Shown here piece after piece: positions 18,856-29,246 of a stretch of 64,000 bases of DNA. Below the pieces are notes generated by a model. That model was not told the origin of the DNA. It did no database searches and was given only the letters and a program-made list of their open reading frames with translations. The translations under genes and the position numbers were made by a program. Each line of letters begins with the position of its first letter. Within the stretch, counting starts at the first letter, position 1. The stretch comes from an uncultured Planctomycetaceae bacterium (GTDB lineage Bacteria; Planctomycetota; Planctomycetia; Planctomycetales; Planctomycetaceae): positions 672,001-736,000 of the forward strand of contig CAWFGE010000015.1 of NCBI GenBank assembly GCA_963815195.1. Reading direction: 5' to 3'.

Positions 18856-21699
18856 TTAGTATTGCAGGATGACTTCGATGAAGTTGGAGTAGAGCTGGCT
18901 GGCTTGGATTTTGTCATTGCCGCCGAACACTTTTTCGGGAATGGCCTTGCCGAACAAGTCGTCGAAGCCTTTGCCCGGAATCAGCATGGCGAGGCCGCCG
19001 ATGATGACGACGTTGTCGTTCAGGAACGGGCGGTATTCCATGCCCATGCTCAAGTCCAGCCCGATTTCGGGATCGATGTTGTCTTGGAAGGTGAAGACTT
19101 CCAAGGACCGCGTGGTGTCGAACCACATATAGTTGGCGTTGGTGAGGATTTTCATCTTGGGGGTGACTTCGAAATCCATCCCGGCGTTGATGAGGTGCAA
19201 ACCGGGGTTGACGAAGTTCGATTGGCCTTGAATTTTGCTCGACCGCAGGTTCGGGATGAAGCTCATGTTCTGGACGAGGTTCACGCCGAACAGCCGCACG
19301 GCCTGGCGTTGCCAGTAGCTAAACTCGCCTCCGGCAAAGTTCGGATTGTCGAGGATGGTATCAAACCCGCGAGCGGTGTTGTCGTTGATGTCATCATCCC
19401 CGGAGGAATACAGGTAGGATGTGCGGAACCTCGCCCATTCCCGGTCGATGGACAACTCCAAGGCGAAGAACTTGGCGTCGATCTGCTGCTGCGAGTTGGC
19501 GAGCGGATTCCGGCTGTCTTTTCCGGTCACCCAGTAGAACGAGTTGGTGACGTTGATGCGGCCGATGTGCCCGTCACCGTTGAAGCCGAAGTAATGGGCC
19601 TGCACGCGGTGCGGTTGAAACACGCCCACCGGATCCGGCCGGACGAGGAAGTTGTTGCGGTCGAATTTAAAGCTCGGACCGTCCGTGTTGTAGTGATAGC
19701 TCAATTGCGCCGTGTACCCTGGAAAGATGAAATCCTGCCGGTAGTAGTTGGCAATAAACACGTTTTGATTGCGGTCTTGGAAGGTGTTGAGCAGGCTGTT
19801 GGTGTTCTTCTCGGTTTCGTCGAAGGCGATCAGGTTGAACTGATCCCGGTTTCCAAACTGCGTCCCGAACAAGCGAATCCCGCGGTTGATGTCGGAAAAT
19901 ACGAATCCGCGGAAGTCCGAGGTAAAGGGCTGCGAGCCGGCCCGAACCGAGGCGAAGTCGTAGTCGGCGCTCAAATCGGCGAGCTTGGCTTCCACGAAGT
20001 ATTGTTCGAGGGCGAAGTCGTACCGCGTCCGCGTGAGGCCTTTGCGAACATCGGGATTGACTTGTGCGAGTTCGTTGAATTGGACGACGTTGCGGTTGAA
20101 GATCGGCTGGAGGCGAACCTGCCAGTCCAACGGCTTAAAGGCCGCGGTCGATCCGTGAAACAAATCGACCTGCATGCTGAGGTAGTTCTGGCTGAGGAAG
20201 TTCCGCGGGCGGCCGAAGAAGTTTTCTTGAAGCGCGCCGCGCGTGCTTTCGAACGGCGTCGTACCGATGGGGTTCTTTTGGAAGTTCTGGAAGAATCGCT
20301 CTTGCACGGTGAGGTTTAAGAAGGTGTGCTGCCCGATGATCGGGTAGTCGCCTTTGAGCACGTTTTGGTTATACGGATCCCACCAGTGGCCTTTAATGAA
20401 GGGATAGTCATCCACCCACGGATGGCCGCGTCCGTAGCGGTCCCATTCGGGATAGCCGATCCGCCAGCGGTCTTCGACGGGAATGAAGTGGCTGCTGGTT
20501 TGGACTTCGCGGGGGATGACGCTCGAGGGTCCCGAAAAGCCGTTGGGCGGCTCGAATCCTGTGACTAAAAACGGCCCGACTTCCTCATAGATCGGGTTGA
20601 GCCCGGCGGAGAATCCTTCCGTGAACGGCTCGCGAAACGGCCGATTCAGCACGTCGGGATTGACGTCCCCAATTGGTCCCAAAGGCGTTTTGATCAAATT
20701 GCCGTCGGGTCCGAGAAAACCGCCGGCGTGTTCGATGTCGGCGTCATCTTGGGGATCGATCGCCCAGAAGCTGCCCACTTCGCCGCCGGCTTCACTCCCG
20801 CCGGCCGTCACGGGGATTTCTTCGAGATTCGCCCCGGGCGTCCAAAATGGCTGCACCGGGTTGAAGCTGCTATTGGACGTCCGCACGGGAAGCGCGGCCG
20901 TCTCGCGGGGCGCTTGGAAGTTCGAAGGTTTCGGCAGTCCCGAAATCGCCGGCATCGGTTGATCGATGGGAGACGGGGACCTTTCGAACGGATTGTTCTT
21001 GGACAAGACATCGCCCGCGTCGCCCGCGGGCCGCTCGATCATCGGAGGCATCGGCAGCCCGGCCGGATTTGCCGGGGCGGTCTTCATTCCGGGAGCCGGG
21101 GACGTGGCGGTGACGCCCGCATTCATTTCCGCGGCCAGCAACCGGGCGTTCCCGCGCACGATGGGATCGCCGTCGGAAGCGGCGATTTGCCGGATCCGCT
21201 CGACGAGTTGCGGTTGCCGGGGCATGGCCCTGACCGCTTCGAGGGCGGCCAAGCGAACCTGCCGATCGGGGTCTTTGGTGAGTTCAAGCACCAGATCGGC
21301 GTGTTGGGGGGAGGCGGCTCGGCCCAATGTCTGGGCGAGTTCGCGGCGAACAGCCGGTTGGGGGTGCTTGAGTTGCCATCCCGTTTGAATGTCTTCGTCG
21401 GCCAATCCCAACTGTTTGAGTTCGGTTCTGGCCTGAGCCGCGGCCTTGGGATCGGGGTCATGCAACTGCGTGAGCAATTGCACGATGCGGGCCTTCATGT
21501 CCTGGGCGCTTTGTTGCCCCCGGGCGACGGCGGGAAACGTCCCGACCGCCACGGCGACAACCAAGGCCCAACCCAGAAGCCAGGCAATCCGCTCTGGCTT
21601 TTTCTTCAAGGATTTCTCGTGTGATGCCCAGCTTGCTCTGCGCACCACCCTCACTTTCCCACGCATGCTTTGAGGCTGCGTCAGATGGTTCTTTTCCAC
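18856..21699 (-). CDS. Large putative outer-membrane beta-barrel protein with N-terminal HEAT repeats and Pro-rich linker
   Basis: Hydrophobic signal-like segment; HEAT-like DPDRQVRLAALEAV and DPIVRGNA; ~550-aa amphipathic beta-strand region; terminal IEVILQY (aromatic C-terminus). Start codon uncertain. Confidence 0.7.
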   Translation of the reverse strand: MEKNHLTQPQSMRGKVRVVRRASWASHEKSLKKKPERIAWLLGWALVVAVAVGTFPAVARGQQSAQDMKARIVQLLTQLHDPDPKAAAQARTELKQLGLADEDIQTGWQLKHPQPAVRRELAQTLGRAASPQHADLVLELTKDPDRQVRLAALEAVRAMPRQPQLVERIRQIAASDGDPIVRGNARLLAAEMNAGVTATSPAPGMKTAPANPAGLPMPPMIERPAGDAGDVLSKNNPFERSPSPIDQPMPAISGLPKPSNFQAPRETAALPVRTSNSSFNPVQPFWTPGANLEEIPVTAGGSEAGGEVGSFWAIDPQDDADIEHAGGFLGPDGNLIKTPLGPIGDVNPDVLNRPFREPFTEGFSAGLNPIYEEVGPFLVTGFEPPNGFSGPSSVIPREVQTSSHFIPVEDRWRIGYPEWDRYGRGHPWVDDYPFIKGHWWDPYNQNVLKGDYPIIGQHTFLNLTVQERFFQNFQKNPIGTTPFESTRGALQENFFGRPRNFLSQNYLSMQVDLFHGSTAAFKPLDWQVRLQPIFNRNVVQFNELAQVNPDVRKGLTRTRYDFALEQYFVEAKLADLSADYDFASVRAGSQPFTSDFRGFVFSDINRGIRLFGTQFGNRDQFNLIAFDETEKNTNSLLNTFQDRNQNVFIANYYRQDFIFPGYTAQLSYHYNTDGPSFKFDRNNFLVRPDPVGVFQPHRVQAHYFGFNGDGHIGRINVTNSFYWVTGKDSRNPLANSQQQIDAKFFALELSIDREWARFRTSYLYSSGDDDINDNTARGFDTILDNPNFAGGEFSYWQRQAVRLFGVNLVQNMSFIPNLRSSKIQGQSNFVNPGLHLINAGMDFEVTPKMKILTNANYMWFDTTRSLEVFTFQDNIDPEIGLDLSMGMEYRPFLNDNVVIIGGLAMLIPGKGFDDLFGKAIPEKVFGGNDKIQASQLYSNFIEVILQY

Positions 21700-22404
21700 G
21701 GCTGGTTCCCGCTTTTGTGCCCGTGTGCGCTGGAACCGGTCCCGCTTCCAGGCGGCAAAACAGCCCGGAAGGTGAAGGGATTCCCTAGCGCGGTGGAACG
21801 GATTGTAGAGATGGAAAATTCAGAGAGAGGTGGAGAGCGGGGGGAGAATTAACGGGAGACGAAAATCCTTGCAAGACCAAAATTACAGTTTTCAGAAAAT
21901 TCCCCACAAAAAGTTGGGAGAATAGAGAGTCTGAGCGGGCGAGCCAAGGGATTTTTGTTCCCCGTCGAGCCGGCCGCCATTTTTTTCGTTCCGATTCCGC
22001 CCATCTTGGCGGACTCGTGTGCGGCCGATTTTGCAAAACCCGTCGCGTCCGCACCCGGCCGGCGGTTTTGCGAAACGGTGGCCGCCTGAAAAAACTCCCC
22101 TCCCAGCAGAGGACAACTTCTGAAGTCCAATTTGAGTTTTTTCTACAAAACCCGCTTTTTCGCGGGATTGGGCTGCACTGAACATTCCGGTTGTTCCGAT
22201 TGGAGAGATTAGATCGAGTTGCGGGCTGGATCCCGAGGGATCGGAACGTCTGCAATTTCTCGAAACGATTTCCTTAAAGAATCCGCCGGCGTTTGGAGAG
22301 CACGTCGGCGGGTCCGGCGGGAAATTCGCGGCGAGGTTCGATCCCGTCAACCGTCCCCCGGTTGCAGACAATTACAATGACCCCATTCCATTGGGAGCAC
22401 GATC

Positions 22405-25400
22405 GTGAGTTGGTTCAAACAAAAATTGGATGGGCTGGGCAAACGGAAGGACGCCGAACGCCGGGTGCCTCGGCAGGTCTCGCTCTCCCAAGTGGAGCAG
22501 TTGGAGTCGCGGTTGTGTCTGGGCAGCTTAAACGCGCCGGATCTGGGAGACTGGAATCCCGACGATCCCAACGACTCCAACTTGGAACCGGCGGCCGTTT
22601 CGACCGATCTCTCGCAGGAGGACACCACGCAGGTGGAACCCGACGGGGGGCAATCGCCCTCGCAAAACAACTCCCAAACGGAAACCGTGCTCGTGCCCGA
22701 TAACACGAATCCGGTGCCGGGGCAGACGACCAGTTTGCTGGGCGTGGGGTTGGAGGACAATCAAACTCAGGTTCAACTTGACAGCGGGAATCCTCAAATC
22801 GCGGAGGATTCCGCAACGCCTTCCGCCGGGACGATCGATTCGGGCGGCGCGGGGCAGAACCAATTCCTCGGTCCCCCGACCCAAATGGGCGCGGTGAATA
22901 ACACCGGGCAAGGCTCCTCGGGGCAAGCCGGTCCCGACGGCGGCCAGCAAGCGGTCAACGGCAGCGTGAGCGACATGACCTGCTGGGACCTCGCGAACTT
23001 CGCGGGGCCTCAGGGCAGCACGGAAAACGTTTACCTGCCGCCGTGGTGGGAAGGCATGACGGAGCCGGTCACGATCAAGTACGACTTCCGCGACATCGGC
23101 GATTACAAGAACTCGATCACGGACGATCAAAAAGCCGCCGCGGTCGCGGCTCTCGATGCCTGGTCGCAGGCGACGGGCGGGATTCTGCAGTTCGTCCAGG
23201 ACACCGAAGCCGCCGACTATCAAATCATGAATATCGGCACGGGGGATTTGTCGGTCTACGGTTATCAAAGTGAAAACGGCGGCAAACTCGGGTTGGGCGG
23301 CGGGGCCGTCTCCCGAGACAGCGACGGAAATGTCGTCGTCGCCGGCGTCGCCTGGATGGATGCGGCTGACACATGGGACACGACCGTCGGCAACGGGGAT
23401 CCCGACGGCACGGTGGACTATTTCACGGTGGCGGGACACGAAATCGGGCACATCCTCGGCTTCAACGACTCGGTGATCTATAACACCGACCAAGACATCA
23501 TGCGGGGCTTTTACGACAGTGAACGCGATCAGTCCTCGTTCGATTACGCCGCCCAGCACGACACGATGTATACCGGCATCGTCAAGCAAAATCCCGAAGA
23601 CGCCCAGTTCGAAGTGCACGCGATGGCGATGGCCCAACTCACCGCGAGCGAGGTGACCACGTTGTTGCAACGCGCCTCGGCGGCGACATCCAGCGAGGAT
23701 GCGGTAATCGCGGTGGTCGATCGCGGCGGCACGATTTTGGGCGTGCAAGTGGAACAAGGCGTGATCAACAACATCGACGATCCCACGAACGCGGCCATCG
23801 CCGCGGAGTTTGGTGCCCCGGGGAACAACAACGGAATCATCGACACCGATTCCGAACGCCGGGCCTTGGCGTTCTTCGCGGAAGGGGCCGTGGCGAAAGC
23901 GCGCACGGCGGCGTTTTTCTCCAACGGCGACCCGACCAACATCGACAGCCACAGCCCGATCGGAACTCGCGCCCCGCTGACATCGCGGCTGGTGCGGTTT
24001 ATCAGCCAGACCACGGTCACGCAGCGAGAAGTGGAAGGCGTCTCGGCTCTCGATGCTCCCGCCGAATTGCGGGGCCCGGGGCTGGTCGCGCCGATCGGTT
24101 TGGGCGGCCACTTCCCGCCGGAAGTCTCGCACACGCCGCCGGTGGACTTGTTCGCCATCGAGCAAACCAACCGCGACCGCGTGCCGGGCGACGTGTCGGC
24201 GACCGTCGCCGATCCAACGCTATTGGCCAATCTGGATTCATCGGTCATCGCGCCGTTTTCGCCGATGGTCAATATCCGCACCGTGGGCGGAAGTGTGGTC
24301 AATCCCAACCAGGATCCCAACAATCCACCCGCGGCCGGACAGACCCTCCGGTTCAACATTGCCTACAACAACATCGATCCGGCGATGGTGGACGCGCTGC
24401 GGGAACCGTTGTCCTTCGGGGAGATTTCGGGATTGGATCCAAATGCCCGCTCGCGCGGCATCGCGACCCTGCCCGGCGGAATTCCCATCTTCCGCGACGC
24501 GAATCCCGGCCCGGGCGGCACCGATGCCGGCGTCGGCGATACACTCATCGGCGGCATCGGCGTGTTCTTTCCCGGACGCGACGGCTTTGCCACGTTCGAG
24601 CAAGGCTATAAGCCCGGTGTCGCGCAAACGGAATACGAACGCACGAATGCCCCGAAAGTTTTGGAAGCGGAATTTATGGCGCTGGCGGCCATCGGCGGCA
24701 GTTTGGGAGCTGCGGTGCAGGGAGTTCCCTTTGCCAATACCGACCCATTTGCGGGAACGGGACTCGCGAAAATTCCCGACATCGATCTGCCCTTCGGCCG
24801 ATTGGACCTCGTGGGAATTACGCTCCAAGTCATCGGGCCGATTGCCGGGCGGGAAGGCGTCGCCGAAGTCCTCAACCGGGGTTTCGCTCTCGGACCGGGG
24901 CAAGTCAGCGGCTCGCAGGTTTATGCTCCGAACATCGGCGGCCGCGACGTGCCTTACGGGATGATCGTGCCGCCTCGCGACGGCGTGGGGATCACGGCGG
25001 CGCAGGTCAATCAGATCATTCAGAACGCGATCGCCGGGGCCCAGCAGGTGCGGGCGGCCGTGCGTTTGCCTTTGAGCAGCCGCACGCGGATGGTGTTTGC
25101 CGTCTCCGATTTGGAAGGCAACATCGTCGGCCTGTACCGCATGCAGGACGCCACGATCTTCTCGATCGACGTGGCCGTGGCCAAAGCTCGGAACACGGCC
25201 TACTACGCGAACCCGGAGGAGTTGAATCCGCTCGATCAAGTGCCCACGGTGCCTGCGGGCACGGCATTGACCAACCGCACGTTCCGCTTCCTCGTGGAAC
25301 CGCGTTTCCCGTCCGGCGTGGACGGCGATCCGGCGGGGCCGTTCTCCGAATTGAACAATCCCTTCATCGATCCCTTTAGCGCCGCGAATCTGGGAACGCC

Positions 25401-25758
25401 GCAAGCCGACACGGCCTACCTCGATACGGTGCTCGGCCGCAACTCGTTCGGCCCGACCGCTCCGACGAACGTCGACGGAGGTCCCGGCGGCATCGAGCGA
25501 AACTTCCTCGATCCCGACAACCTCAACAACCAGAACGGCGTCGTGTTCTTCCCCGGAAGCACGCCCCTTTACAGCAACGGCCAACTCATCGGCGGCTTCG
25601 GGGTTTCCGGGGACGGCGTCGATCAGGACGACGTGGTGACGTTCGTCGGTGCCCAGGGATTCTTGCCGCAACAAAACGACGTGCTGCGGTCCGACGAAAC
25701 CAAGTTCCGCGGCGTGCGGCTGCCCTACCAAAAATTCCTGCGGAATCCCTTCGGATAA
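22405..25758 (+). CDS. Extracellular protein: LEPRxLL-type leader + M10-like metalloprotease + two GlcG/HbpS heme-binding-type domains
   Basis: VEQLESRLCL; HEIGHILGFND with Met-turn DIMRG; IAVVDRGG..AKARTA..PGGIPI..IGGIGV and FAVSDLEG..AKARNT..PGSTPL..IGGFGVSGDGVDQDD. Confidence 0.8.
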   Translation: MSWFKQKLDGLGKRKDAERRVPRQVSLSQVEQLESRLCLGSLNAPDLGDWNPDDPNDSNLEPAAVSTDLSQEDTTQVEPDGGQSPSQNNSQTETVLVPDNTNPVPGQTTSLLGVGLEDNQTQVQLDSGNPQIAEDSATPSAGTIDSGGAGQNQFLGPPTQMGAVNNTGQGSSGQAGPDGGQQAVNGSVSDMTCWDLANFAGPQGSTENVYLPPWWEGMTEPVTIKYDFRDIGDYKNSITDDQKAAAVAALDAWSQATGGILQFVQDTEAADYQIMNIGTGDLSVYGYQSENGGKLGLGGGAVSRDSDGNVVVAGVAWMDAADTWDTTVGNGDPDGTVDYFTVAGHEIGHILGFNDSVIYNTDQDIMRGFYDSERDQSSFDYAAQHDTMYTGIVKQNPEDAQFEVHAMAMAQLTASEVTTLLQRASAATSSEDAVIAVVDRGGTILGVQVEQGVINNIDDPTNAAIAAEFGAPGNNNGIIDTDSERRALAFFAEGAVAKARTAAFFSNGDPTNIDSHSPIGTRAPLTSRLVRFISQTTVTQREVEGVSALDAPAELRGPGLVAPIGLGGHFPPEVSHTPPVDLFAIEQTNRDRVPGDVSATVADPTLLANLDSSVIAPFSPMVNIRTVGGSVVNPNQDPNNPPAAGQTLRFNIAYNNIDPAMVDALREPLSFGEISGLDPNARSRGIATLPGGIPIFRDANPGPGGTDAGVGDTLIGGIGVFFPGRDGFATFEQGYKPGVAQTEYERTNAPKVLEAEFMALAAIGGSLGAAVQGVPFANTDPFAGTGLAKIPDIDLPFGRLDLVGITLQVIGPIAGREGVAEVLNRGFALGPGQVSGSQVYAPNIGGRDVPYGMIVPPRDGVGITAAQVNQIIQNAIAGAQQVRAAVRLPLSSRTRMVFAVSDLEGNIVGLYRMQDATIFSIDVAVAKARNTAYYANPEELNPLDQVPTVPAGTALTNRTFRFLVEPRFPSGVDGDPAGPFSELNNPFIDPFSAANLGTPQADTAYLDTVLGRNSFGPTAPTNVDGGPGGIERNFLDPDNLNNQNGVVFFPGSTPLYSNGQLIGGFGVSGDGVDQDDVVTFVGAQGFLPQQNDVLRSDETKFRGVRLPYQKFLRNPFG

Positions 25759-25785
25759 GCCGCTGCCAATCTCCAGCAACTCGCG

Positions 25786-25824
25786 CCCCGGCGTTCGTGG
25801 TTCCCGCCACCGCCGGGGTTTTTT
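25786..25824 (+). terminator. Intrinsic terminator
   Basis: ccccggcg...cgccgggg followed by tttttt, downstream of the stop at 25758. Confidence 0.6.
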
Positions 25825-26033
25825 GAAAAGAAAAGAAGAAAACCGGGGCGAGCGCCCTGCGGCTCATGGCGGATCCGCGAAAACCAGCGAATTATTACAT
25901 TTTGGGGCAATCCGGATCGGAAAATTCTTCCGTTGCGGAAAATTTCCTCCAGCGTGATTCACCCGAACAGCTTTCGCATCCGATATAAACCATACATTTC
26001 CACTTGTCGCTCAATTTATGCAAGGATGCGGGC

Positions 26034-27065
26034 ATGCGACGACCCATTTTGAGCCTCATGGCGGTTTGCGGGAGCGTTTGGGGCTGGACGGCGGCCGGAT
26101 GGGCGCAGGAATTCAATCCGTTTGGGGACCTGAATTCGTCGCAGCAGAGTATCGCCGCTCCCTTGTCGCCCGACGCGTCCGGAACGATACACGGTGATTC
26201 TCTTTACAATGTCTCCGAGACTCCGCCGCCATCGCCGAATCCCTTGCCCGGAGCGCTTCCCGGACCGGCCGAAGACCTCGAAGCCCAGGAAGGCGGCCTG
26301 CACGCGGAAGACGCCCACGGGCACGCAGCCCACAATCACCACGAACACTGCGAATGGGAAGAGGAGCACGAAGAAGAACCCCTCGGCAACATCCGTGTGA
26401 CGCCTTTGTACCGCACCATCGAGTCGGCCAAGTGGAAAAAACTGTTTCACAACATGTATTCCATCAACGTCGGCACAACGTTTTGGCAACCCGAACATCA
26501 CCACGGCGGTTATAACACCCAGTTCGGCGTGACGGCGGAATTCCAATACTCGCACCTCGATCCCAAGAGCGTGAACATCAACTCGGTGATCTCGATCCCT
26601 TTCAATACCCGGCAGAACCTCCGCATCAACGATGCCAACATGTACGGCGGCAACATCGGCCCTTCGTTCGCCATCAACCGCTACCTCTCCAACTCGACCA
26701 CAAAAGTTGAGTTGGGCTTTACGCCGCTGGTGACCATCGGCAGCTTCAACACGAGGCTCGGCCCCAACAACCCCTCCCCCGGTCAAAGCCAACTGTTTTT
26801 GGATCGAGGGGCTTCGAACGACGCCCCGATCGTCGGCGGGGATTTTCGCTTATGGACGGGCATCAAAACCCAAAGCGGGTTCCGGGCGGGCGTCACCGGG
26901 TTTTATGGAGTCGCCGCCACGAGTGCCGTCTACGACACGAGCCAAACCTTCAAAACCTACGGCGGCGGCGTCTATGTCGAACTGCCCACCCGCTTCGTGC
27001 CCCACGAATTCCCGGCACCGACGGGAACCTTCCAATGGTTTGAGAGGCTCCTCCACCTGGACTAG
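26034..27065 (+). CDS. Secreted/outer-membrane protein with His/Glu-rich segment
   Basis: Signal peptide (..AAGWA-QE); HAEDAHGHAAHNHHEHCEWEEEHEEE; PEHHHGG; beta-strand-rich C-terminal half. Confidence 0.65.
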   Translation: MRRPILSLMAVCGSVWGWTAAGWAQEFNPFGDLNSSQQSIAAPLSPDASGTIHGDSLYNVSETPPPSPNPLPGALPGPAEDLEAQEGGLHAEDAHGHAAHNHHEHCEWEEEHEEEPLGNIRVTPLYRTIESAKWKKLFHNMYSINVGTTFWQPEHHHGGYNTQFGVTAEFQYSHLDPKSVNINSVISIPFNTRQNLRINDANMYGGNIGPSFAINRYLSNSTTKVELGFTPLVTIGSFNTRLGPNNPSPGQSQLFLDRGASNDAPIVGGDFRLWTGIKTQSGFRAGVTGFYGVAATSAVYDTSQTFKTYGGGVYVELPTRFVPHEFPAPTGTFQWFERLLHLD

Positions 27066-27348
27066 CCCCAGGCGTTCCCAACGCACGAACCCAACCCAAA
27101 ACACGGGCTGCTGTTGACTTTCCACAGCAGCCCGTGTTGCGTTGGCGAAACACCCTTTCGTGGCAGGGATTCCCCCCTGGAAATCTCCTGGGGAAAATGG
27201 CTCGCTTTGGTGAAAATTTCTTCGCCTGTCCCGACATCGTGGACTAGGGTTTGTGTTGGAGTCGTCATTCTCCCCATCCCCTCCCAACAACATCACCTTA
27301 CTCGCGGTAACTCAGGGTTTGGCAGTCCGCCAATCTCAGGAGGGTCCC

Positions 27349-29224
27349 ATGAAACTCAAACATTGGCTTTACGCGCTCCACGATCAATTCCGGGCCAAAC
27401 CCCGCAGGCGCTCCCGCCGGCCCCTCCTCATCGATGCGGCGATTGAGCGGCTGGAGGAACGCTGCCTCTTGTCGGCCGCAGGGGGCGGGGCGGTGATGGT
27501 CTTTTCCGTGGGAACGATGAGCGAAGATCTCCCCGACGTCGGGCAAGTCGGCACCGAGGACCTCGTTCAATACGACGGCAACCAGTTTCTGCGCTCTTGT
27601 TTGACGGCTCGGACGTCGGACTCAGCGGAGCGGACATCGATGCCGTCGCCGTGATGAGCGAAAACCAGATCCTGTTGTCCTTTGCGAGCGCGACCAACAT
27701 CGCAGGCTTCGGCACCGTCGGTCCCAGCGATGTGATTCTCTTCCAGGCCGATTCGCTGGGCGATGACACTTCGGGCACGTTTTCCGTGTTCGCCACCGCG
27801 GCGGCTTTGGGATTGGACGGGAAGGGTCCCGCCGGAAGCCTCGATGCCCTCGATGTTTTAGACGACGGCTCGCTCGTGTTCTCGATCGCCGGCGACGTGT
27901 CCCTGTCGTTCGGTGGGACAAACACCTTTATTCGCCGAGCCGACGTGGTGCAATACACGCCCGTGCGCCGGGCGATTACACCTCAGGCAGCCTGCAACTG
28001 TTCTTCCACGGCAGCGATGCGGACCTGACCGTTTTTAACGCGGAAAATATCGACGCCTTCTCCGTCAACGGCATGCAGGTTCAGCTTTCCACATCGGGCG
28101 GTTTTTTCATTAACAGTCAAGGCCTCAGCGGCGACCAGCACGATGTTCTGACGTATCAGGTCGCCTCGTTTGGCGAGAATACGACCGGCAGTTATGTGGG
28201 GATCACTTTCGACGGCAGCGCCGTCTTCGGCCGGACGATCAATTTGAACGCCTTGGATTACTTCGATTTCCCGCAAACGACCAATCATCCGCCCACGGCT
28301 CAAGACCTCACCGCGGAAGCCCCGGAAGACGGCTCTGTGGAAATCCAACTGCTCGGCGATGACGGCGAGCCGGACATTGAGCAACCTTTGACCTATGTGA
28401 TCGTCCGCGGCCCCGCCCACGGCACAATCACTTCGTTCGACTCCAGTACCGGACAACTTACCTACAAGCCCGGCCCCAACTACAACGGTGCGGATCAGAT
28501 CACTTATCTCGTGCAGGAAATCGACGAAAACGGCGTGGCGAGCGTCAGCGAACTGGCGGTCGTGGACATCACGATCACGGCGGTCAACGATCCGCCCATC
28601 GTCCGGTTCCAGTCCTCCAAGTTCACCGGCGATCAAAACGTCCCGCTCCTGATCACGGGGATCACCGTCAGCGACGTGGAAGCCAATGCGGATCAATCGC
28701 CGGTGAGCGTCGTGCTGAGCGTGGATGCGGGGATCTTGACGCTGGCTTCGACGGACTCGCCCGTCAAAATCAGCGGCAACGGAACCGCCCAACTCACGCT
28801 CGTCGGCACGACCTCCGCGATCAATCTGCTGCTCGCGCAAGGCGTCACGTTCCAACCCGACCCGAATTTCTCCGGCCAAACCTCGCTGAGCGTGACGATC
28901 GAAGACAGCCTGGATCCCAGCGTGGCCCTCTCGGCCTCGGGAACCGTACAAATCGACATCCGGTCCTTGAACCAGCAGATCACGGCTTTTCGCACTCAAA
29001 TTGTCAGCCTGATTCGAAATGGTGGACTGAATAAGAAGATCGGCCAAAAACTGCTCGCCTCCTTGAACGGCCATCCCAATTCCCATCACATCCGCCAAAC
29101 GATCCATCAGATTATGAAGCTGGAACACAAAGGCCGGCTCAATCCGGATCTGGCTCAGCAGCTGATCGATGAGCTCACCACGCTCAGCCTAGGCCTGGGG
29201 CCCGCAAAAAGGCGGCCGCATTGA
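27349..29224 (+). CDS. LEPRxLL-leader extracellular protein with Ig/cadherin-like (Big_9-like) repeats (frameshifts near 27592 and 27965)
   Basis: AGGAGG RBS; IERLEERCLLSA; FDGSDVGL..DIDA repeats; GPAHGT..LTYKPGPNYNGADQITY..ITITAVNDPP; three consecutive ORFs join. Confidence 0.8.
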
Positions 29225-29246
29225 ACCAATGCGATGTCGTTTGCGG

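Noticed and set aside
18023..18872. ORFs 18023..18319 and 18192..18872
   Set aside because: The Thr/Ala-rich translation is the off-frame reading of the Gly/Tyr-rich paralog; no independent support.
21700..22404. Possible ncRNA or riboswitch in the long divergent intergenic region
   Set aside because: No recognisable conserved RNA motif by eye; an Infernal/Rfam scan would be needed.
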